Source: Candidatus Hodarchaeota archaeon
GTDB lineage: Archaea; Asgardarchaeota; Heimdallarchaeia; Hodarchaeales; Hodarchaeaceae
NCBI GenBank assembly: GCA_016839815.1
Contig: JAEOTM010000154.1
Location: 1-42,251, forward strand
DNA: 42,251 bases
Reading direction: 5' to 3'
Made by a program: the position numbers and the translations under genes. Position 1 is the stretch's first letter. Every line of letters begins with the position of its first letter. The notes beneath the pieces were generated by a model. That model was not told where the DNA came from, searched no databases, and was given only the letters and a program-made list of their open reading frames with translations. Below are positions 34,868-42,251 of the stretch, piece after piece.

Positions 34868-37825
34868 ATGGTTGGACGTGAAGAAAAATCACTGGAAAAT
34901 TGTGAAGTAATCTCTTCTTTTTCAGATTTTAGAGGGAATAGAGAATTAAAACTTCTATTAATTCTTCTGGCTATCGACCCAACAATAAACGGAATAGTAA
35001 TCCTTGGGATTACTGGAACAGGAAAGTCATTAATTCTCAATTTATTTAAACAATTAAAGATACCTACACTTTTTAATAAAAATTGTGCTTTCAATTGCTC
35101 CCCCAGCGGTAAAGTACTATGTAAAAAGTGTAATAACGCACCAATATCTATCCCAGAAAATGATATTCAGCATTCCTATATTCCTATCGTAAAAATGCCT
35201 GTTAGCACCTCGTTAGATGCTTTAATAGGGAGCTTGGATCTTCATTTTAGTTTTAGACCAGGACTATTTGGAAAGGCTAATAATGGGTATCTAATCTTGG
35301 ACGATTTACATCTACTAGCACAAGAATCAAGAACTGTTCTTTTTAACACATGGCAAAGAAGAGCAAATTACATTCAAAGAAATTCTGTTTCACTCGAGCA
35401 CCCTAGTGAATTTTGCTTAATTACAACATATAATCCTACATTCCATGATAAAAATCCGAGCTGGATTGATAAATTCGCTTTCTCTTATCATCTGGATTAT
35501 GATCATACAGTCGAAACACATGTTGATATAATCAATCAAAACCTTGACAAGGAGAGTTTTCATGTTTCACCTGAATTAGCTAAATTATTTAACAAAAATT
35601 CTCTTCTTATAAGAGAAATTCTCCGTTCTCGTGACCTACTCGACAATGTAGTAATATCATCTGAGATTTTGTCTCTTATTGCGGAAATATGTAATTCTAG
35701 TAAATTAGATGGTATAAGAGCTGATATTACTTTTGCTAAAGGAGCCAAAGCTTTGGCTAGTTTTCACAATCGTACGTATGTGACCAAAGAAGATATATTA
35801 TTACTTATCTCTCCTATTCTGTCTCACCGTATGCCTGTAGAGGATTTTGATGATCTGATAGAGTACATTCATTGTAAACAAACCAATAAAGGGATAGAAT
35901 CCAAGAGAAAAGAACAGAAACAAGGACCATCAAGTAAGATTCTCCAAAAAGATGATAAAAAACACTCTTTTTATTCATTAACGGAGAAACTTGTCTCCAT
36001 TTTGAGTATTCTTCTAATCTGTTTTATTGTAAGTGCTCTTCTCGTTAGATTTATATTTACACCCCGGTTATTCCCTGTTATCTTTGGTATTTTAACTTTA
36101 TGGGGAGTAGGATCCTTTCTACTTTATCTTTGGGTACGAAGACGAAAAAATCTACTATCCCAATACAGAAAGGATGAGAATCTACAACATCAACCTCCTG
36201 AGGTTAGTTCCTTTTCCCAAGTGAAATCTTTACGTTTAACAGAGACAACAAAGGAAGATAAACGTGAATTTACGAAAAAACCTGAAATCGATATAGAAGA
36301 AGGTAATTCTGCCCGAGGGAAGATTCTTCAATTTGTTGGTTTTCAAAAACGAAAAGGGATGATTTTAATAACACGATATCAACGATATTGGATCTATGTA
36401 TATGGTATCTTCGTTCTACTAATTAGTACCATTCTTTATATATTTTTACTAATTTACCTTCCACCAGAGGTTTGGATTGCCGTTTTATTCTTACTATTAT
36501 GTCTTTTAACGATAGGATTTCTACAACAGTATAATCAGGAGAAATGGAGAATCAGACGAGTTGCAGATATCGGTGCCTCATCTAGGGAAACAAGCAAAGT
36601 AGTAAATAGTAGCGGGATTGGGTCTCATATTACCAAAGGGAACAATAAAGTCCAGGATGACAACTCAATGGAAGATTATGAGAGTAGGTTGTGGAATAAA
36701 TTATCTAAATTGAATATCATATACCCTGGAACGGAGAACAAAGAACGAAATAGACCTATGTTTTACTTTGGATCAACTGATACACAAAAATCAATATCGA
36801 GAGTAATTGGGGAGAAATTACCTGAAGAAAAAGCGCTTATTGATACGAAATCTCGATATCAAGCTGGTAAACGAGCTTTAAGTCTATCATCGTCCCAATC
36901 AGGAAGGATAATTGGGAGCATACCTTTCAAGGATTCTCCAAGAAATATTCATATAATGGCAACCATAATGAATGCCTTAAGACATCAGAAACATAGAAAA
37001 CAAAAGAATTCGACAAAAAAAATCGACATCAAACTGTCAGATGTTCGAGAGAAACTGTATTGCGCACGAGTGTCGGCTACGATAATATTTGTTCTTGATT
37101 TATCTGAATCTATCGTGAATGTGATAAATACTGTTTCAGCTTCAGTGAACTGGTTGAGTAGACAAGCTTACCTATACCGAGATAGAGTAGGATTAGTTGT
37201 ATTACAAAGAACTCAGGGGATGATAGTTCAATTCCCCACCTCAAACCTAAACCTAGTGAAACGTAAATTAAAAAATTTAAAAGTATCTGGATCGACCCCC
37301 TTACCCGCTGGTATACAGAAAGCCTTAGATTTAATCCGAATTGACCGTATTAGAAGTAATAATGAGACTATTCCTATGATAGTGTTAATTACTGACGGTG
37401 CGACAAATATTCCACTGTTAACAAATCCAATAACGGGAATAAAACGAGATATACCGATATCAGCTCTTGGAATTGATTCAGCTATTAAAATGTCTATAAA
37501 CGACTGTCTAATTCTTGGGCAACAAATAAAAAATAGCAAAATATCATTAGTGATATTCAGTACCAACATCCAAGGGAAAGCTTTGCTTCAAAAATACACA
37601 GCGAAAGAACGACACAATCCTACACAATTCCTTGAAACTCTCATGAAAACAACAGACTTCTTTCAGGGAAAGCAATTCATTCAGCTTTGGTCTTATACAT
37701 TATTAATATCCTTACGAAATATTACAAAAGGGCACCTTTTTTTCCTAACAAAGGAATATTCTGATAGAAATTTCGAAACATTACGAATCGCTCGATCTGA
37801 AATCATAACAGAACTTAACAGTTGA
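34868..37825 (+). CDS. ChlD/BchD-like chelatase-family AAA+-vWA protein with four inserted TM helices
   Basis: ChlI-type AAA module (LAIDPTINGIVILGITGTGKS, FRPGLFGKANNG, HPSEF, DGIRADITF), ChlD-type pre-vWA segment and vWA MIDAS (DLSES, GSTPL, ITDG); two hydrophobic helix pairs lie between them. Confidence 0.85.
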   Translation: MVGREEKSLENCEVISSFSDFRGNRELKLLLILLAIDPTINGIVILGITGTGKSLILNLFKQLKIPTLFNKNCAFNCSPSGKVLCKKCNNAPISIPENDIQHSYIPIVKMPVSTSLDALIGSLDLHFSFRPGLFGKANNGYLILDDLHLLAQESRTVLFNTWQRRANYIQRNSVSLEHPSEFCLITTYNPTFHDKNPSWIDKFAFSYHLDYDHTVETHVDIINQNLDKESFHVSPELAKLFNKNSLLIREILRSRDLLDNVVISSEILSLIAEICNSSKLDGIRADITFAKGAKALASFHNRTYVTKEDILLLISPILSHRMPVEDFDDLIEYIHCKQTNKGIESKRKEQKQGPSSKILQKDDKKHSFYSLTEKLVSILSILLICFIVSALLVRFIFTPRLFPVIFGILTLWGVGSFLLYLWVRRRKNLLSQYRKDENLQHQPPEVSSFSQVKSLRLTETTKEDKREFTKKPEIDIEEGNSARGKILQFVGFQKRKGMILITRYQRYWIYVYGIFVLLISTILYIFLLIYLPPEVWIAVLFLLLCLLTIGFLQQYNQEKWRIRRVADIGASSRETSKVVNSSGIGSHITKGNNKVQDDNSMEDYESRLWNKLSKLNIIYPGTENKERNRPMFYFGSTDTQKSISRVIGEKLPEEKALIDTKSRYQAGKRALSLSSSQSGRIIGSIPFKDSPRNIHIMATIMNALRHQKHRKQKNSTKKIDIKLSDVREKLYCARVSATIIFVLDLSESIVNVINTVSASVNWLSRQAYLYRDRVGLVVLQRTQGMIVQFPTSNLNLVKRKLKNLKVSGSTPLPAGIQKALDLIRIDRIRSNNETIPMIVLITDGATNIPLLTNPITGIKRDIPISALGIDSAIKMSINDCLILGQQIKNSKISLVIFSTNIQGKALLQKYTAKERHNPTQFLETLMKTTDFFQGKQFIQLWSYTLLISLRNITKGHLFFLTKEYSDRNFETLRIARSEIITELNS

Positions 37826-37832
37826 ATCTCAA

Positions 37833-38672
37833 ATGAATGAACAAATAATAAGTCTTCCAAAGCAATTATTTCGACAAGGAGAAATTATCCCAGTAAAACT
37901 GCAATACCCGCCTTCAGACCTTCCTATCCAGAATAGTCGAATTAAGTTAACTGGACGAGAGAAAGTAGAATTTACTTTCCAATCTTTTATGGGTAAAAAA
38001 GGCTTTCAACCAATTTGGGGACTATTCCTTCCTAGTAAACATTTTCATCAAGAAACCACTTTCTTAGATGAGATCATTGCTACCCCAATATCTGAGAAAG
38101 GGGATGAATTAGTCGAAATCGAGATTCCTATTAATGCCATTCCATCGTATTATGGAGAAAATGGAAAAGTAACATATCTTGTCCAAGTGCAATATGAGAA
38201 CAGAGATGGGGAAGAAAAACAAGACGAAGTCCAAATTCTAATCGACTCAGAGTATCAACTAAAAAACCTAAAAGACATAGTCAATATCAGATCAGGAAGT
38301 TTAACTATACAGCACACTAGTCCATTAATCATAAACAAGGAAAATTGTATCTCAATTACCACACAGAACATTAATACACCTATACGATTGATATTAACTG
38401 GAAATGAGACGGTAACTGCATCTAGCATTACTATCAATAATCCTGTTAAAGAAGTGCCACTAGGTCAATTTTTTTCTGAAGAAAACATAACAAACATGCA
38501 AATGGAATTTATTATCCCATCAGAATATCAACAAAGTTTCAAAGGACTACAGGTGCGACTCGAATATGCAATTGAAATACAAACTGTTATTTCTCAATCT
38601 CATTTTGGATTTAAACATGAGAAAGTTCAAACACAATCACGAATCCCAGTTTGTGTTAAAGATAAAAAATAA
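37833..38672 (+). CDS. Arrestin/Vps26-fold protein (two arrestin-N-like lobes)
   Basis: IKLTGREKVEF...IEIPINAIPSYYGENGKVTYLVQV and LILTGNETVT...FIIPSEYQQSFKGLQVRLEYAIEI; both match the arrestin pattern P-S-(F/Y)-x-G-x-x-x-x-(I/V)-x-Y. Confidence 0.7.
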   Translation: MNEQIISLPKQLFRQGEIIPVKLQYPPSDLPIQNSRIKLTGREKVEFTFQSFMGKKGFQPIWGLFLPSKHFHQETTFLDEIIATPISEKGDELVEIEIPINAIPSYYGENGKVTYLVQVQYENRDGEEKQDEVQILIDSEYQLKNLKDIVNIRSGSLTIQHTSPLIINKENCISITTQNINTPIRLILTGNETVTASSITINNPVKEVPLGQFFSEENITNMQMEFIIPSEYQQSFKGLQVRLEYAIEIQTVISQSHFGFKHEKVQTQSRIPVCVKDKK

Positions 38673-38806
38673 GCCCTGAGGATGAACTCAACCTCTAAGA
38701 TATCAATTATTAAAAGTCAAATAGCACGTGAAAAAGACAATTATTATTTCAATTGGTAAAATTCTTGCGACACATTAAAATTTGAATCTCAAAATCATAA
38801 GAACAT

Positions 38807-39250
38807 ATGTTACGAATGGAATTGGGACCTGTCCTAAATGATATCATAAATTGGAGCTTAAGAATTATTGGAATTAGTATCGGACTTTCAATTTTAAGTA
38901 TTTTTATAACTGTAGATCTTTCACAATCCAGTAACCAATTCATTGATATTTTTGTACTATCTTTGAGTAATTTTTCATTTTTTATTGGTATGCTCGTAAT
39001 CTGTGCTGGATTGTTAATAATTTTTCTTAAAAAACCAGAAGGTTCAAGTTTTTCCAAGGAAAGGAAAAGTAAATTTAAACCAAAATACAAAAAAGAAAGA
39101 ATGAAAACCTCTCGCCAAGTAGAAGAAACCTCTTCTTCAAATACAGCACTGTTCTCCAAACGAGAATACAAGATGATATTTAGTGGTACAGTAGCAGTTC
39201 TCTTCGCAGTTGTTTTATGGTTAGGTTACTCTGTAATCAAAATGATTTGA
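38807..39250 (+). CDS. Three-TM membrane protein with a basic cytoplasmic loop (DUF3899-like architecture)
   Basis: Two TM helices, K/R-rich loop, terminal TM. Confidence 0.6.
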   Translation: MLRMELGPVLNDIINWSLRIIGISIGLSILSIFITVDLSQSSNQFIDIFVLSLSNFSFFIGMLVICAGLLIIFLKKPEGSSFSKERKSKFKPKYKKERMKTSRQVEETSSSNTALFSKREYKMIFSGTVAVLFAVVLWLGYSVIKMI

Positions 39251-39264
39251 TCATAGTCCTGGTT

Positions 39265-40020
39265 TCAAGGTTGAAATAAGGAAAAAGCAATCAATATTGG
39301 GAGAGGGGAAAGACATAATGAAATGAGAATTGCATAAGCATCCCGAAGATCTTGATTTCTATTAAAGAATATGTATATCGATACAATTGACTTTTCCAAG
39401 AATAAAATAAGAAGGAAATTATGAAGAATAGAGTCTAATAGTGTAATCTCACGGAATTCTAGTTCCTCAGTGTTAAATCTAGTATGCCAAGGTGAAATTG
39501 ATTCGAGTCCCGCATCGAGAATCGTCATGACTCTCTCATTATCTAGTTCGACTTCTACCCATGCATGCCATTTACCAATTACGACATAGCTGTCATATCC
39601 TCGTAAAATTAGAAGTGAGCATGCAACAATTGCTAGTCCGTCACAATCGTCTGATCCCCGGTTTAAAACCTCAGAAATACTTGGTCGGTAATCCCATGAT
39701 AAATAATTTGTGATATCTTCACCATACGTTATTCGTTGACTTATAAACCTACTAACAGCGTAAATTTCTAATTCGTCTGGATCAGAAGGATAAGATGATA
39801 GAACTATAAATTTATTTGTAAAATAATATTCAAACTCATAATTTAAGACCTTAATCTGAGGATCCTGAGGTTTTATTGTCTCAGTGAGAGCAATTCGGTG
39901 ATTTATTTGATCAGGCCAGGCAAGAGGATTGGGAGTGAATCCTGTAAAAAGATAAACTATGGTTAGAAGTCCTACAACAAGTAATTCCTTATGTGAGATG
40001 ATTCTAAGATTCATCGTCAT
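39265..40020 (-). CDS. Membrane-anchored transglutaminase-like (papain-fold) protein
   Basis: GSDDCDGLAIVACSLL, HAWVEV and ILDA give a Cys-His-Asp triad; N-terminal signal/TM and C-terminal TMs. Confidence 0.85.
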   Translation of the reverse strand: MTMNLRIISHKELLVVGLLTIVYLFTGFTPNPLAWPDQINHRIALTETIKPQDPQIKVLNYEFEYYFTNKFIVLSSYPSDPDELEIYAVSRFISQRITYGEDITNYLSWDYRPSISEVLNRGSDDCDGLAIVACSLLILRGYDSYVVIGKWHAWVEVELDNERVMTILDAGLESISPWHTRFNTEELEFREITLLDSILHNFLLILFLEKSIVSIYIFFNRNQDLRDAYAILISLCLSPLPILIAFSLFQP

Positions 40021-40254
40021 GTTTCCAGAGAATTCAAAATATTAAAATCTTGCTAAGCGAAAATATCATTCAGAACAGGAATGCCTCTCATTAAACATTA
40101 TCGTGTGAAAATTTTTTGCGATCTTTGTATTTATTTGTATTAATGCAATGTGTCCAAGAAGCGACCTATTTGCGTGTTTCTATTGTAACGATATTCATTC
40201 ATTGATGGATATAATCGATTTTACTTTATAGCGCCAATAATTAAGTTAACGTAA

Positions 40255-42249
40255 CTAATTATTTGTTTTATCCTCAATATCATCTTTTTTAAGAATTTGG
40301 GTCACTTCCTCGGCTGCTTTTTTCCTGGAAGCGATAAATCGATCTTTTGAAATCTCCTCCAATCGATCAACCATAGGTTGGGTCAATAAACTTCTCGTGG
40401 GAATATTTTCTTGCAATCGATGAATTTTCCCTTGATAATATACAGTGGTTAACAAGAAGAATAGCATTCCAACAAAGAACAGAGGTTGGAAGTCATAATA
40501 CAATGGAATAGCTTGAAAACGGCCCAAATTGCTATCAAAACTTATAAGTTCTTTGTAAAAAGCCAATGCTAGATGATATGCAGAGGCATAATTCATCTGG
40601 TTGTAATCATAAAGGATATCTTGATATGAGGCATTTAAATAAAGTAAATAGGATTGAAGATCAGAATTATAAATTTTTGTGTCTATGACCTGATAAGCAG
40701 AGTTTATTTTAAATATCGATGCCTGAAGCAATGTATCAATTTGACCCCGTTGAATATTATCTTTAGAGAATATACTAAAATGGGATGCATGAGTGTAATA
40801 AGTCATAGGATCATTAACGAAATTTCCAGTCATGCCGTACTGGAACGGATGCATTAGAGCGATCTGATGTCCAAGTTCATGGATAATTGTCTGTGTTAAT
40901 CCTTGTAATGGCTGGGGGTTTGAACGATTATTCCCAAAAGTGATACCAAAATCATGACTTATGATAGTTAACGGAATATCATTGATGGTTCTTAGAGCTA
41001 TACCGATAAGTCCTGGTTCTAACTTTGCTTTACTTGGAATTGCAAACGTGGCATTATCAAACAGAAAAGCAAAAGTTCGAAAATGTGTTGTATAAAAGGC
41101 CTTAAATTCCTGCTCCATAAAGCGAGAAGATTCAGAAGTTAATTTATTATACATAGGAACGAGATCCACAGAATATTCCCAGCGAGAATTCTTATTAAAA
41201 TCTCCCCAGTGTACCGTTGCTTCTTGAACTACATTATAAAGCTCTGGAATATCGGTAAGATTGACGAAATTGACAGAGACGTCAATCTGGTACCAAGGAA
41301 TTATTTCTTTAAAAACTTCCTTAATGAGGGTAGTATTAACAGTCCAATTAAGGTCTGAAGTGGCTATTCCAGACATATTATTTAAAACTAAAATTTCAAT
41401 TGCGAACTCTAGGCCTGTTTCAAGATCACCCATTGGTATTAATGGTTTATAAACAAAATCTTGAACCCAGAGGTTTCTTTCGATCTCATAGATCCATTCA
41501 GCGAGATATTCTGCTAATCTGGTTCGTCCATATGGTGTACTAAGGTCGTTCAAAAATTGAAATTCTTGAAGGGTGCTATTTTCGCCACTATTTTGTAGAA
41601 CATAAGAATCTGCGGAAAGATCAAGGTAATATAGCCTATCTTGGTCCCCATAACCAATCATAAAATTCCTACCAAAAGGAGCTCCTGAATCTGGATCAGA
41701 ATAGGATTTGTTGTACCAATGTTGTCGATACTCTGAATCATCAAGATTTGAAAAGTTACCGACAATTAAGGTGTATCCAGGTATAGGAGCTTCTCCAGGA
41801 AGTTGCTCATAATTATCTGTTAACCAGTTAAGTGTGTCACTAGCAGAAATATATTTACCTGTATGACTAGTTCCATCAGAACGATTTATTGTATCAGGTA
41901 CCGCAGAATCGTTTAAGAATGTAAAAAATGTTGTATCAAAGTCTGTAGGGGCGAGTTCATAGGAATGATTTATATAAAATAACTTCTCTGTATAATCCTG
42001 TTGGAAAAATTCGTAAACATTTTGTCCAAGTAATGAATAAGATTGGGGACCAAAGGGATTACCGATTATTGAGGTCATTATTCCCTGATCAAATCCTGAA
42101 AAGATAATTCTCGAATATATTGTGGCTGATCGGTACGGGAACATCGGTTCAGAATAGTAATCAGCTGCAACAGGCGTTATATCAATAGTAGCAGTAATCG
42201 ATATTAGAAGAAGACCTAATAGTATAATGTTTTTACGATTTGAATCCAT
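40255..42249 (-). CDS. Exported, C-terminally anchored zinc metalloprotease (metzincin-like)
   Basis: Signal peptide, IIHELGHQIALMHP (HExxHxxxxxH), Met-turn DPMTY, C-terminal TM and charged cytoplasmic tail. Confidence 0.82.
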   Translation of the reverse strand: MDSNRKNIILLGLLLISITATIDITPVAADYYSEPMFPYRSATIYSRIIFSGFDQGIMTSIIGNPFGPQSYSLLGQNVYEFFQQDYTEKLFYINHSYELAPTDFDTTFFTFLNDSAVPDTINRSDGTSHTGKYISASDTLNWLTDNYEQLPGEAPIPGYTLIVGNFSNLDDSEYRQHWYNKSYSDPDSGAPFGRNFMIGYGDQDRLYYLDLSADSYVLQNSGENSTLQEFQFLNDLSTPYGRTRLAEYLAEWIYEIERNLWVQDFVYKPLIPMGDLETGLEFAIEILVLNNMSGIATSDLNWTVNTTLIKEVFKEIIPWYQIDVSVNFVNLTDIPELYNVVQEATVHWGDFNKNSRWEYSVDLVPMYNKLTSESSRFMEQEFKAFYTTHFRTFAFLFDNATFAIPSKAKLEPGLIGIALRTINDIPLTIISHDFGITFGNNRSNPQPLQGLTQTIIHELGHQIALMHPFQYGMTGNFVNDPMTYYTHASHFSIFSKDNIQRGQIDTLLQASIFKINSAYQVIDTKIYNSDLQSYLLYLNASYQDILYDYNQMNYASAYHLALAFYKELISFDSNLGRFQAIPLYYDFQPLFFVGMLFFLLTTVYYQGKIHRLQENIPTRSLLTQPMVDRLEEISKDRFIASRKKAAEEVTQILKKDDIEDKTNN

Positions 42250-42251
42250 CT

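Noticed and set aside
34868-37825. Programmed frameshift producing separate ChlI and ChlD, as reported for some chlD genes; a role in photosynthesis
   Set aside because: The ORF is continuous in one frame, and there are no chlH/cobN or pigment genes in the window.
804-41452. Numerous 60-160 aa ORFs antisense to or nested in long genes (e.g. 5707-6015, 11689-12084, 17798-18283, 38749-39171)
   Set aside because: These are shadow ORFs. Their S/F/I-rich composition mirrors the E/K-rich or hydrophobic codons on the real strand, and they have no motifs.
1-42251. Selenocysteine/pyrrolysine read-through, CRISPR arrays, tRNA/rRNA, IS elements or prophage
   Set aside because: Recognised proteins end at their expected C-termini. 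No regularly spaced repeats, cloverleafs, GC-rich RNA islands or transposase/integrase motifs were seen by eye.

Overview
AT-rich (roughly one-third GC by eye), gene-dense archaeal chromosomal segment. It is very probably from an Asgard archaeon (Heimdallarchaeia/Hodarchaeales-like; this is an inference). Archaeal core genes (egsA, rnhB with a PIP-box-like tail, ASH-Ski2 helicase, TFB, archaeosine TGT, polyprenyl synthase, DUF99) are mixed with bacterial-type enzymes (AlgC-like PMM/PGM, LipA, NrdJ, HutU, BshB1-like deacetylase) and Asgard-typical proteins (Roadblock protein, MglA-like small GTPase, arrestin-fold protein, large N-glycosylated surface proteins). I found no rRNA, tRNA, CRISPR array, integrase or transposase. 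The most unusual elements are: (i) a ribbon-helix-helix (RHH) domain fused to a catalytically degenerate NDP-sugar pyrophosphorylase, lying between a polyprenyl synthase and a cellulose-synthase-like GT2; (ii) a ChlD/BchD-type AAA+-vWA protein with four transmembrane helices in its linker, directly followed by an arrestin-fold protein; (iii) a tandem pair of C-x2-C-x8-C-x2-C zinc finger plus coiled-coil paralogues next to a PAC4/LpdD-like gene; (iv) a CdrS/aCcr1-like RHH regulator divergent from nrdJ with an 11-bp-phased operator-like array. All family assignments come from motif recognition by eye, not from database searches.
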